Source of the DNA: a virus
Virus record (IMG/VR): IMGVR_UViG_3300014838_000016
Coordinates: 23,699-87,698 of that record
Strand: one strand, 5' to 3'
DNA length: 64,000 nt
Positions within the stretch are counted from its first letter, which is position 1. Each line of letters starts with the position of its first letter. The translations under genes and the position numbers were made by a program. The notes under the pieces are model-generated. The model ran no database searches. It worked only from the letters and a program-made list of their open reading frames with translations, and was not told the DNA's origin. Of the stretch, positions 54,574 to 63,893 are shown one piece after another.

Positions 54574-56551
54574 TTGCCCACTTGTAACTCCATATACTGT
54601 AGCCTCTGGTATTTCGTCTGAAATGCTGGAAAAACTTTTTGCCATCCGTCATTGGGACATTGAAACAATGGGGCCAATTCCCTTCAACTGGCCTTCGTTG
54701 TTGCGGAAAACGATTTGGGATGTTTCAAAGCAATGTGACACGCAAGAACTCTTAAATTTACGCCAATATCAAGTTCAAATGGTTACTCACCTAACCCGTA
54801 TGCCCCGCTTCATCTGCGGGGATGCGGTGGGGCTGGGAAAGACCCTCGACGCCATAGCCGCCGCCTGCTGGCTTAAAGAGCGATTCGACAATGCCAAAGT
54901 TGTAGTCGTCACCACCAAATCCACCACCTATCAATGGGAAGAAGAGGTCATGCGGTACAGCCGCCTGCGCCCGTATGTAATGCGGGATGACTACCGAGGG
55001 CTTACCTCGTCCGACGCCCGCTATTCCCAGATGATGCAGTTCCTTGAGGGAAAGAAAAAAGATGTCATGATCGCCAAGTATTCGTCGATGATCGGGCAGC
55101 GCAAGGAGATTGAGGGGGAATTCGATGCTGACGGGCTCCCCACGATGGGGGATAAAAAAGAACATCTCTCCGAAGAGATACGCACTTTCTCACGAATCTT
55201 CAGAGAGCACCGCGAGAACATCATACTGGTCTTCGACGAATGCCACAAGTTCAAGACCATGCACTCTTCGACTCGGAACCTCGTCTTCAACCTGAGCAAG
55301 TACGCAGGCCGCGTCTGGGCTCTGACCGCCACGGTCATCAAGAACGGTCTGGAGGAGTTCTACAACATCGCTACGGGCATCAGGGTTGAGCCTGTGGGCC
55401 TCATAGGAGACTTCAGGGAAGAGTTCTGCATCTACCACGAGCAATGGACTGGGCGGGGCGGCAATAAGAAGATTCTCGACGGCTACAAGAACGTCGCTCA
55501 CTTCAAGAAGCAGATGCGCCCTTTCTTCCTTGGCCGCTCCCAGAAGCAGGTCGGCGAACCATTGCCCGAACTGACGACTATTTACCACCCGATTGAACTG
55601 GACGCCCGCCAAACCCAAATCCTGACCGACGAATTGCCCAATGGGACGATAGTATTGCCTCCGTCTATTATCAAGGTCGCAGGAGAGATTTACGAGAAGG
55701 AGCGCAGTCCAGACAATATCATGACCCAATTGAGCGTCCAGCAATTGGTCACGAACCACTGGTGCCTGCTGGATAAGACGAACGAGAAGGACTACCACAC
55801 CAAGACCCTGAGCCCCAAGGAAGAGGCATTGCTGGACATGCTGGATGGCGATTACCGTGGGGAGAAGGTCATCGTCTACACCAAGTACAAGACTTGGATT
55901 GACCGCCTTGAGTGGCTGACGAAAAATAAGCACTTCACGGAGCGGAAGTTTCTTCGCATTACGGGCAATGAGAACGAGAAGCAGCGTAATGAGAACAAGA
56001 AGCTGTTTCAGGACCCCAATAGTGGCTACGATTTAATTGTCATCAATGCCGCTGGTATGGAGGGTATTAACCTACAGCAGGCAGCCCACATGATCCTTTT
56101 AGATTGTCCTTGGAGTTGGGGTGATCTGATTCAGTTGGTGGGCCGAATGGTCCGTATGGCGAGCCCGCACTCGGCCTGTACTTTGCACGTGATGGTAGCC
56201 CGTGGTACAATTGATGAGTACACCATCGACACTCTCAAAGGTAAGAAGGGTGTCTTCGAGAAAATTCTGGGTGAGTCCCACTCCGCAGGTATTTTGGATG
56301 ACAAGGACTTCCTCGACATGGAATCGGGTATGGAGCACTGCGGCACCGAGGAAGAGTTCAAGGAACTCCTCAGGGCTCACGTCAAGACTTCTTCAATGCG
56401 TTCGTTTCTTATCGGTGACCTGATTACCGATGCCAAAGGGAACACGGACTACAAGATGTCGTTTGAGAAGAAGGGCAGCAAGAAGCACCGCCGCACGAAG
56501 AAAGATACCACTAAGAGCGACGAGGCACTGGAGTCACGATGGCTGATGTAG
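54566..56551 (+). CDS. SNF2-family (SF2) helicase/ATPase
   Basis: DAVGLGKT, DECH, ALTAT, EGINLQ and QLVGRMVR motifs. Confidence 0.92.
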   Translation: MSDCPLVTPYTVASGISSEMLEKLFAIRHWDIETMGPIPFNWPSLLRKTIWDVSKQCDTQELLNLRQYQVQMVTHLTRMPRFICGDAVGLGKTLDAIAAACWLKERFDNAKVVVVTTKSTTYQWEEEVMRYSRLRPYVMRDDYRGLTSSDARYSQMMQFLEGKKKDVMIAKYSSMIGQRKEIEGEFDADGLPTMGDKKEHLSEEIRTFSRIFREHRENIILVFDECHKFKTMHSSTRNLVFNLSKYAGRVWALTATVIKNGLEEFYNIATGIRVEPVGLIGDFREEFCIYHEQWTGRGGNKKILDGYKNVAHFKKQMRPFFLGRSQKQVGEPLPELTTIYHPIELDARQTQILTDELPNGTIVLPPSIIKVAGEIYEKERSPDNIMTQLSVQQLVTNHWCLLDKTNEKDYHTKTLSPKEEALLDMLDGDYRGEKVIVYTKYKTWIDRLEWLTKNKHFTERKFLRITGNENEKQRNENKKLFQDPNSGYDLIVINAAGMEGINLQQAAHMILLDCPWSWGDLIQLVGRMVRMASPHSACTLHVMVARGTIDEYTIDTLKGKKGVFEKILGESHSAGILDDKDFLDMESGMEHCGTEEEFKELLRAHVKTSSMRSFLIGDLITDAKGNTDYKMSFEKKGSKKHRRTKKDTTKSDEALESRWLM

Positions 56552-56874
56552 AAGAATTCTGTACTTGCCCAGACTGGGAACCATGCGGTTGCGGTAACCA
56601 GCAAGACGGCCCGCACTGCATGTATTGTGTTCAGCCGCTCTCGCCCGCGCAGATTGCCGCGTTTGATTTCAACACGGATGAGCACATTCCGCCCCGTCCA
56701 AGGGGTCTACCGATCCAAATCTCCTGCGGTGCGTGCCAAGTCACCATCGACAACCCTACGCAAGAACAGATTGATTTCCACTTTAGCGATGAGCACATCG
56801 GTATGAATCAGACTCGTCGTTCCGCACAATTCTTTCCCGAGGAATACAATGGACCTACAAAAACTGAAGACTAA
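56539..56874 (+). CDS. Cys-rich hypothetical protein
   Basis: Several CxC and CxxC motifs. Confidence 0.6.
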   Translation: MADVEEFCTCPDWEPCGCGNQQDGPHCMYCVQPLSPAQIAAFDFNTDEHIPPRPRGLPIQISCGACQVTIDNPTQEQIDFHFSDEHIGMNQTRRSAQFFPEEYNGPTKTED

Positions 56875-57442
56875 GTTGCACAACGCAATCATCCGTGTCC
56901 GACAGTTTTTCGGTCATGAGGCTGCGTGTTGCGGTTATTTCAAGAACCCAGATGGGCGTCTCGTCGATTGCGATGAGTGGTGGGGTTATCAGGAGTGCAT
57001 GTTCCCGGGATGTGGGCACTACCAGATCGAGCACAGCGATGGCACCCCCAACAAGATCATCTACTCCAAGGACAATCCCGAGCTTGTCGGCACCTTGGTC
57101 GTCGATCCAGTTGGCTGCCTGAACGCTGGTTGCGAGGATTGTCCCAAATTCTGGACGAAAGAGGACTTGCACAATTTCATGCAACAATTGGCACGGGCTC
57201 GTCACCACGCATCTCACGATATGTTCCGCGATGGGAGTCAGTACGACCCAAATGTCAAGCACGTGGACACAAGCGTCAGCGTCGTCGTGCAGGTGACGAC
57301 CTCGGTAGCCTCCCGCGACCACGACGCCCTGAACAAGGTCTTTGAGCGAGAGGGAAAGCTTCGGGATAAGTTCCCAGACATTCTGTTCAACTTCGATGTG
57401 AGGTTTGAGCCGCAGGAAGTAAAAACCAGTATTAGTAAGTGA
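56849..57442 (+). CDS. Cys-rich hypothetical protein
   Basis: GAGG SD. Confidence 0.65.
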   Translation: MDLQKLKTKLHNAIIRVRQFFGHEAACCGYFKNPDGRLVDCDEWWGYQECMFPGCGHYQIEHSDGTPNKIIYSKDNPELVGTLVVDPVGCLNAGCEDCPKFWTKEDLHNFMQQLARARHHASHDMFRDGSQYDPNVKHVDTSVSVVVQVTTSVASRDHDALNKVFEREGKLRDKFPDILFNFDVRFEPQEVKTSISK

Positions 57443-57562
57443 TGCCTGTGCCCCGTCAAAGGGGAGAGCTAAGCGGTTCTCGCAGCCACGAGGCAGGGCT
57501 GGGGGCGGGGGTGATCCACCCGTTCTTGGGTTACGGCCAGTCCGTCCGCTCTCAGCGTTTTT
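57441..57562 (+). ncRNA. candidate structured leader or small RNA
   Basis: After GTATTAG: CCCC/GGGG, GCGG/CCGC, CTCG/CGAG, GGGCTGG/CCAGTCC and GGCGGG/CCCGTT stems; T-tract before the SD. Confidence 0.45.
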
Positions 57563-57574
57563 CAAGGAGACGAT

Positions 57575-57877
57575 ATGTGGGTATTGCAACTCAATCCGAT
57601 GACCGCTAACGCTGAGCGTGTGGTGCCCGTGGCGTGCGCTGAGACTCTGGAGCAACTACAAGCTTTCATGAATGAGCAGACCGTGGAACCCTATCAGGAT
57701 GGGCAGTGGGGTAAGGTCTTCCGTCAAGGCAGCACGCTAGAGTGGTACAATCCGCCTTTTGGCGATCAGGCTTTCATTGATGTACCCGCCTTCGTGGATA
57801 TCGGCACGGAGGAAGACTGGGCACGGCAAGCGGCTGAGCGGTATCGCCATTTTCTCATGGAAGTCTACCACGTTTAG
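57575..57877 (+). CDS. phage hypothetical protein
   Basis: AAGGAG SD; KVFRQGSTLEWYNPP. Confidence 0.75.
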   Translation: MWVLQLNPMTANAERVVPVACAETLEQLQAFMNEQTVEPYQDGQWGKVFRQGSTLEWYNPPFGDQAFIDVPAFVDIGTEEDWARQAAERYRHFLMEVYHV

Positions 57878-57890
57878 GGTATTAGGGATT

Positions 57891-58196
57891 ATGAGCAAAG
57901 CTGGCGTAACAGGGGTGACCGTTAGCGTAGAGTTCGGCGACACGACCTATGGGGCGGGCTCGAAGAGTTTCACCAACCTACAGGCCAAGTTCTCCGAACC
58001 CACCGAAGAACTGGATGATGTGGTCGATCAGGGACTCGATCTGTATTTCAGTGCTTGGAAAACTCTGCTCGCTGGTCGCTGGGCAACGGGAGTTATTGAC
58101 ACGGAAACCTTCAAAGCTCAGCTTGCCGCCACGACGGAAAAAATCGAGAAAGCCCGCAAGTTCTTGAGAAGGAAGGCGAATGAGCAACAACAGTAA
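57891..58196 (+). CDS. hypothetical protein
   Basis: GTATTAG, then 5 nt, then ATG. Confidence 0.7.
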   Translation: MSKAGVTGVTVSVEFGDTTYGAGSKSFTNLQAKFSEPTEELDDVVDQGLDLYFSAWKTLLAGRWATGVIDTETFKAQLAATTEKIEKARKFLRRKANEQQQ

Positions 58197-59244
58197 CGAC
58201 ATTCTTTCAGGGTTCGCGGCAGAAACATTGCTGGGGTCCGACGCTCACGTAATCAAGGAAATCATCGCCCTTCGCGATGATCTGCGGTATTCCTCCAAGG
58301 GGAACGAAATCTCGTTGGATGACGCTTTCATGCAGTTGCAGCAAGCAGTCGATTCGCTGCCCAGCATCGTGCTGGATATGGATGTTCCTCCGGGGACGGA
58401 AAACGAATACCTCATCCGCCTATCTACCGCCCAAGAGAAGGTTCTGGACGATTGTGATCGTGTTTTACGGCGGATTCTGGAGTACCAATCCAAGCTCAAG
58501 AACGCGGAACGCTCCATCAAGAAATATAAATCCGACTTTATGGCGTGGTACATTCTGGCTGCGTCTTACGTGGTTGCCCAGCATAAAGTCAAATTTGGGA
58601 TGCCGCAAATCAAGCAGCTTGCCGAGGCGGAATTCACCCGCCTGATCGATGATGTGGATGTGCAGGTGGATAATCTGATTAGCTCCGTGGAGCACCTGAC
58701 CGAGGAAGCCCGCCAGCACAAGAAAATTCAATCCGAAAAACACGGTCTCGGCAAGGATCAGGCCAACGCAAGCTGGACAAGTAATCTAGGGAACCCCAAC
58801 GGAATTGCCCCCAACCGTGCGGATGATATGGCGCAAGTTGAAGAGGATGAAGAGGAAGACGAGGTTCCAGCGTTCGTTAGCCGTTCCCCACAGGTTGGGT
58901 CTGCGTCCGCCGTTTGTGGAGACGCCGAAGCAGTCATTGCCAGCATCCCCGAAGTCGTAAAGAACACGAAGATCGTCACGTCAAATCAAGACCTGCTGGA
59001 CGAAGCGGAACCCGGGGACACCGTGATGCTTCAGTTCCAAGATAAAGTGCACGTGACGGAAACCATTCGGGATACCGTGAAGATCACGGGACCAGCCACA
59101 CTGCCGCCCGCCACACCAGAGCAAGTGGCGGACTTCCTCAACGAGGATGATGCTCCCAAGCAGGCCGCTGTAATGGCGGCTGGTGCCTCAACGCTGAAAT
59201 CCCGCAAACGCCTGATCCTAACGGAAGACGAGGAGTTGATGTAA
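58180..59244 (+). CDS. coiled-coil hypothetical protein with acidic C-terminal half
   Basis: 354-aa ORF. Confidence 0.75.
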   Translation: MSNNSNDILSGFAAETLLGSDAHVIKEIIALRDDLRYSSKGNEISLDDAFMQLQQAVDSLPSIVLDMDVPPGTENEYLIRLSTAQEKVLDDCDRVLRRILEYQSKLKNAERSIKKYKSDFMAWYILAASYVVAQHKVKFGMPQIKQLAEAEFTRLIDDVDVQVDNLISSVEHLTEEARQHKKIQSEKHGLGKDQANASWTSNLGNPNGIAPNRADDMAQVEEDEEEDEVPAFVSRSPQVGSASAVCGDAEAVIASIPEVVKNTKIVTSNQDLLDEAEPGDTVMLQFQDKVHVTETIRDTVKITGPATLPPATPEQVADFLNEDDAPKQAAVMAAGASTLKSRKRLILTEDEELM

Positions 59245-59471
59245 TGGGTGAATACAATCACAATTACACTGAGGAAGAAGTCAAGGAACTGCGGGCATGG
59301 AAAGAGTCCGCGATAGTGCAGTTCCGTAAGTCCGAAAAGCTCCACGAGTACGTTCGGCGGCACGGTAGCTATCTGGGCTGGGACCTGTACGACGCGGCTA
59401 TCGATCTTCTCACAAAGAATTGCCCGTGCTGTGGTTATCCGAATTGCGGGCATACACACCCAACACCATGA
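59244..59471 (+). CDS. hypothetical protein
   Basis: TAATG coupling. Confidence 0.6.
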   Translation: MGEYNHNYTEEEVKELRAWKESAIVQFRKSEKLHEYVRRHGSYLGWDLYDAAIDLLTKNCPCCGYPNCGHTHPTP

Positions 59472-59968
59472 CTTTCTGCGGCACACTCGAACATAATCGC
59501 GGAGCGGGGTTCCTCACCCTTGCTCTGCAATGCGTTGTGCTTTACGATCCTCTTCTCAAGATAATGGACGAACGATATGAGTCCAAGAGCGAGAAAGGAC
59601 AACTGGAGATGTTCCCGCTGACCACCAAGCAGCGGAAAGAGTACGCGAGCCTCGTGAAGACCCTGCGTTATTTCCTCGGTACGTATCGGCGAGAGAGGCT
59701 CAAGACCCTGCCGAAAAAGAAAGACCCGTGGGCCTTCCTTGATGAGACCCACAACTTGGAATACTGCGACTACGAATTCTACGATTTTTGGTACGGCTTC
59801 ATCAGCGGCTTCAAAAATGACTTGGAGTTCGAGAAGCAAGTTGATATACTGGATCAGATAGCTCAAGGTGAATCGCTGAAAGATTACGAGCCCGCCATCA
59901 AGTTCCTGTCCAAATTGAACAGCGTGGCTTTGGGACGGCACAATAGTTATCGCAGAGGGTGCTTCTAA
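59468..59968 (+). CDS. hypothetical protein (start 59468 or 59564)
   Basis: ORF; start ambiguous. Confidence 0.6.
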   Translation: MTFCGTLEHNRGAGFLTLALQCVVLYDPLLKIMDERYESKSEKGQLEMFPLTTKQRKEYASLVKTLRYFLGTYRRERLKTLPKKKDPWAFLDETHNLEYCDYEFYDFWYGFISGFKNDLEFEKQVDILDQIAQGESLKDYEPAIKFLSKLNSVALGRHNSYRRGCF

Positions 59969-61132
59969 ATGCCTCCACTAAAAGATAAGGCAGGTAATAA
60001 GTACGGGCTGCTTCTTGTTTTGCGGCGTATCGGAAAAACAGGGCACACGGCTTTGTGGGAATGCCAGTGTGACTGTGGAAATACAGTTACGGTTTCCGAC
60101 AGGAATCTGGGGGTAACCTCCCGTACAACCAAGAGTTGCGGTTGCTTAAAACGGACGCATGAAAAATCAAAAACCCCTGAATACACCGCCTACTCTGGTG
60201 CAAAGAATCGATGTACAAACCTTAAAGCGGATAAGTATGAGTATTATGGCGGGCGAGGCATTCGCTTCCTTTACGAAAGTTTCGAAGAATTCTGGTTAGA
60301 CGTGGGACCGAGACCGTCCCCTAAGTACACCTTAGAGCGAATAAACAATAACGGCAATTATGAGCGGGGAAATTGCAAGTGGGCAACTAGGGCCGAACAA
60401 CTCAAGAATCGCAGAAAAACCTTAAGGATCGAGCAGTTTTCAGATAAAGAACTGATTTTTGAGTGCCAGCGCCGGGGGCTGTTTGTACCTAATGACGAGT
60501 ATTTAGGGTGGGATGATCTGTTACACCTAATTTCAAACTCCAGTCTAAAGAGGTTATACGAAGACCACACGGAGCGAATCGCGGCTGCTCCCGGTTCAAG
60601 TCATAACCATCAAGCGTGGGTAGGTGGGTACCGAGACCACGTTGTTGAGTGCATGAATATTGCGCGTATTTTGTACGTCAATAGTCCACGAATTTTTCCT
60701 TTTACTTTATCGGACGCCTTACTTGTTATGGCACTCCATGATTTGGAAAAACCGTGGAAGCATCTTCCAGTCCCTAACAACGTGTGTTTGTGCAGTCACG
60801 TCTATGCCGACCATGATCGCACCAATCCGTGGTCAGATGCCGCTTGCAACTACTGCACTGGCGTGCCCCGTAACTGTAACATGTTTCGCCACGTGGAGTT
60901 GAAGACAAAGGAAGATCGTAGGGCTTTCCGCGACGGCATGATTGAAGAGTACGGCATCCTGCTCAGCGACGACCAGAAGAATGCCCTCAAGTACGTGGAA
61001 GGTATCCCCGACAAGGAGTACAAGCCGGGAGACCGTATCATGGGTGAACTCGCGGCTTTTTGTCATAGCTGCGACATCCTGAGCGCACGGTTATGGTATG
61101 ATTGGGGAAAGGAACATTCATGGACACGCTAA
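59969..61132 (+). CDS. HNH homing endonuclease fused in frame to an HD-domain phosphohydrolase
   Basis: WECQCDCG, YGGRGI, TLERINNNGNY..GNCKWAT..EQ..NRR; then HQAWVGGYRDH...LHDLEK...HSCDILSA. Confidence 0.85.
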   Translation: MPPLKDKAGNKYGLLLVLRRIGKTGHTALWECQCDCGNTVTVSDRNLGVTSRTTKSCGCLKRTHEKSKTPEYTAYSGAKNRCTNLKADKYEYYGGRGIRFLYESFEEFWLDVGPRPSPKYTLERINNNGNYERGNCKWATRAEQLKNRRKTLRIEQFSDKELIFECQRRGLFVPNDEYLGWDDLLHLISNSSLKRLYEDHTERIAAAPGSSHNHQAWVGGYRDHVVECMNIARILYVNSPRIFPFTLSDALLVMALHDLEKPWKHLPVPNNVCLCSHVYADHDRTNPWSDAACNYCTGVPRNCNMFRHVELKTKEDRRAFRDGMIEEYGILLSDDQKNALKYVEGIPDKEYKPGDRIMGELAAFCHSCDILSARLWYDWGKEHSWTR

Positions 61133-61404
61133 AACTTCGTACAGTGAAACGACAAGAAGCTGACAGCACGCTTACTGTCGTTGATTTCTTGGACTTGAAG
61201 AGGGGCGATAAATTTCGCCTTTATGAGCCTGAGGGGACTGATCCTCTCCGTAGTATTGAGAACGGCGAAATCTTGTATTTGGCTGTGGATGACGCTTATC
61301 CATTGAAGGGTTCTTACGCGGGTATTCAAACGGAGAGTATTCAAACGGAGCCTTTCACTGATGCCGTGACTCGGGATCACCGCGTGGTGTGGAATCGGGA
61401 GTAA
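61120..61404 (+). CDS. hypothetical protein
   Basis: AAGGA SD. Confidence 0.6.
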   Translation: MDTLKLRTVKRQEADSTLTVVDFLDLKRGDKFRLYEPEGTDPLRSIENGEILYLAVDDAYPLKGSYAGIQTESIQTEPFTDAVTRDHRVVWNRE

Positions 61405-61573
61405 CATGTACCTGAACCTACAACTCGGCAATTTTCACGTTATTCTTGGCAAATTAGCAGAGCAAGCGGCGAAAGAAAAACCCGTCAGCAGCCGCATAAA
61501 CATTGAGGATTCGGAGCAAGAAGAATTTTCTCTTGACGATGAATCCCAACTCCGCTACCGAAGTTATTAGAGT

Positions 61574-62044
61574 ATGATTCAAATTGTCATTGATCCGCAG
61601 TACAAGGGGCCGACAATTCTCGATTGGGGAACCGCCTCCCGTGATGTTGAGGATGAATTTGTCGAAGTGTGTTGGGGCAACACCAAGTCCGAATTGACCC
61701 AGCTAGAACGTCTGTCTGACTGCAATTTCCGCCTGTTCGTTTCTGACGCTGCCGCTCAAGAACGTGCCGCTACTTCCCTCGGAGATGATATTCAACTGGA
61801 TCAGGCAATCATTTTAACCGCCAAACTCGCCCTGAACACACGTAAGACATACGATTGGCGTAACTTCCTCATCGGCAAACCCATTTCCCTTACCCGCAGT
61901 ATCCTCACGAAGATGAGCGCCGATGCTCTTCGCAAAGGACGACCATCCGCTCTCGCCGATCTTGTAGGTGATTTTGCCTCTGAAAATGGAATAAACCCGA
62001 TTGATGCCGACGTTCTGCTTAGGCTTCGAGTATTAAGAAGGTAA
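61574..62044 (+). CDS. hypothetical protein
   Basis: TATTAG, then 3 nt, then ATG. Confidence 0.65.
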   Translation: MIQIVIDPQYKGPTILDWGTASRDVEDEFVEVCWGNTKSELTQLERLSDCNFRLFVSDAAAQERAATSLGDDIQLDQAIILTAKLALNTRKTYDWRNFLIGKPISLTRSILTKMSADALRKGRPSALADLVGDFASENGINPIDADVLLRLRVLRR

Positions 62045-62054
62045 GGAGTCCATA

Positions 62055-62279
62055 ATGGGCAAGATAAACGTGCAGCAACCCGAACCCCCCATCCCTGCCG
62101 AAGTCATGGCGCAGGCGATCATCGACATCTCCGATGGGATGAAAAAGCTTAGCAATTCTGGCTTAAAGCGCAAGGCCGTAGTTGCGCTCATCCATGACCA
62201 AAGCAAGATCAGCAAACGTCACATCGAGATCGTGCTCAACAACCTCGAATGCCTACGACAAGACTGGTGTACTCGATGA
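62055..62279 (+). CDS. hypothetical protein
   Basis: AAGGAG SD. Confidence 0.75.
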   Translation: MGKINVQQPEPPIPAEVMAQAIIDISDGMKKLSNSGLKRKAVVALIHDQSKISKRHIEIVLNNLECLRQDWCTR

Positions 62280-62806
62280 CCACCACAATCCTTAAAGATT
62301 ACACTCTCGCCCGCGTCAATCATTATCGCTGTGACCAGCCCGCAGGCAAGTGGGGGACTTCAACCTACGTCTGGGTTCCTAAAACCATGACCACGGAAGA
62401 GTTTGAAGCCCTGTGCGAAAAGGCTCGGAAGGCGTACTTCGACGCAGAGGATGCGGCCAAAAAGTTAATGGGAACCCCCGCTCCGGGTTACAGCCCTCGA
62501 TACGATCAATACCCCGACAAAACAGTAGCCGAGGTTAAGGCAATTTACGCCGCCGAGGTCGAAGAGTGGAACAAGCGCAGCACGGCGGTTCAAGCCGAGC
62601 AACGTACCTTCGCACAACTCCTGAAGGATGTTAGTGACGGTGTGGTGCTGGGTTTTTGGGACATCGAATTCCCAATCGATGTGGAAGTTCATTGGGGACA
62701 TCACCATGGCGTGGATATCGCCTATGGCGAAACTAAGATTACCAGCCCCGCGCCTGCAACGATGACATTCGACGGGCAACCCGACATGGAAGTGGATGGT
62801 CTGTGA
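62276..62806 (+). CDS. hypothetical protein
   Basis: ATGA overlap. Confidence 0.7.
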   Translation: MTTTILKDYTLARVNHYRCDQPAGKWGTSTYVWVPKTMTTEEFEALCEKARKAYFDAEDAAKKLMGTPAPGYSPRYDQYPDKTVAEVKAIYAAEVEEWNKRSTAVQAEQRTFAQLLKDVSDGVVLGFWDIEFPIDVEVHWGHHHGVDIAYGETKITSPAPATMTFDGQPDMEVDGL

Positions 62807-63072
62807 GCAAGTTCGATGTCTTCCGAGCCTTGCTTTCTGAACCCCACCTAAGGACGTGTATGAAAAAGCCTAAGAAATCGTGGAAAATAACGGGGCAGCA
62901 GGTCGCTCCCATGCCCTACAACGCTATGGGTCAGGAGTTGACGTTCTACCTCGAACAGATACCCGAGTCCAGCCAGCCGACCATATTCATCTCGGCGTAT
63001 TGTCACGACAAGGGTGACGCGGCGTTTATCGAAAAGACCGCCAAAGAAATTGAGCGGCGACTGAATGTTTGA
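62803..63072 (+). CDS. hypothetical protein
   Basis: GTGA overlap. Confidence 0.6.
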   Translation: MSKFDVFRALLSEPHLRTCMKKPKKSWKITGQQVAPMPYNAMGQELTFYLEQIPESSQPTIFISAYCHDKGDAAFIEKTAKEIERRLNV

Positions 63073-63337
63073 CGAAGAGAGCTTCGAGTTTCCGCGAAAA
63101 TGGTTTGACAAGAAGCAGTACGCGAGGGTGGACCCGAAGACGGGGGAGCCTCAACTGGTTCGTGTGGACCCGCACATCACGGACGCCAATGAATTCGTGC
63201 CCAACGTTGTCGATATCACCATCGATGATGGTGTTACAATGGTGATGGACCGCGATGCGGCGGAAGAGTATCTTGAAAACACCTGCTGCGTGCCGATGGC
63301 TATTTTTGCGAAGTACAAGCAGGGAAAGACCAACTGA
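63065..63337 (+). CDS. hypothetical protein
   Basis: Overlapping start. Confidence 0.6.
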   Translation: MFDEESFEFPRKWFDKKQYARVDPKTGEPQLVRVDPHITDANEFVPNVVDITIDDGVTMVMDRDAAEEYLENTCCVPMAIFAKYKQGKTN

Positions 63338-63531
63338 TGAACAACGATTGGAACCCCAAGCATTTCGACGAGAACGGCAACGAGTATGAACTCGACGAAT
63401 ACGGTACTCGCAGACCGCCGATGCAAGCCGAGCCTAAGAAATCTAGCAGTGGCTTTACCCACTACGATACCAGCCAAAGTCACTGTGGTTTGTGTGGCAG
63501 CTTGACCTGCAATGGGAGTTGTTTCAAATGA
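63337..63531 (+). CDS. small protein with C-terminal Cys cluster
   Basis: HCGLCGSLTCNGSCFK. Confidence 0.65.
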   Translation: MNNDWNPKHFDENGNEYELDEYGTRRPPMQAEPKKSSSGFTHYDTSQSHCGLCGSLTCNGSCFK

Positions 63532-63893
63532 AAAGACCTAAAGACGTTCCCAAAGGGTCACAACCCGTTCAGCTTGTCGGTACGGGCAAGAGCAATAAAA
63601 GCGGTAAAGATACCATCCTTTGGGTCGGCCCAAACCACGGCAAGCTGGGTGTGCTCGTGCTCAACCCCGATGGTATCAAACGTCTCACCGTGAAGGGGCA
63701 GTTCAAAAGGCATGAATGGGTGCCCGTTAACACGCTGCTTTCCACGGAGACGGCGACCTATAAAGTGTGCAAGCGTTGCGGCTATGTGCAGAATGACCTG
63801 AACAAGGACAAGGAATGCAAGCCGCGCAAGAACACTAAGGGTATCTGGGGTATATTGAGGAAACATGGCAATATCAAAAGTGACTCGCGATGA
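63528..63893 (+). CDS. hypothetical protein with CxxC
   Basis: ATGA overlap. Confidence 0.6.
   Translation: MKRPKDVPKGSQPVQLVGTGKSNKSGKDTILWVGPNHGKLGVLVLNPDGIKRLTVKGQFKRHEWVPVNTLLSTETATYKVCKRCGYVQNDLNKDKECKPRKNTKGIWGILRKHGNIKSDSR

Noticed and set aside
53848-56551. Group I intron or intein splitting the SNF2 gene
   Set aside because: Helicase motifs are contiguous, and the GIY-YIG gene is free-standing with overlapping start and stop and no room for an intron core.
57455-57475. yybP-ykoY manganese riboswitch (AAAGGGGAGAGC)
   Set aside because: It lacks the GAGUAGC spacing and the downstream GAGACC partner.
61322-61350. Short tandem repeat GTATTCAAACGGAG
   Set aside because: It is a single in-frame 15-nt duplication inside an ORF with no wider pattern.
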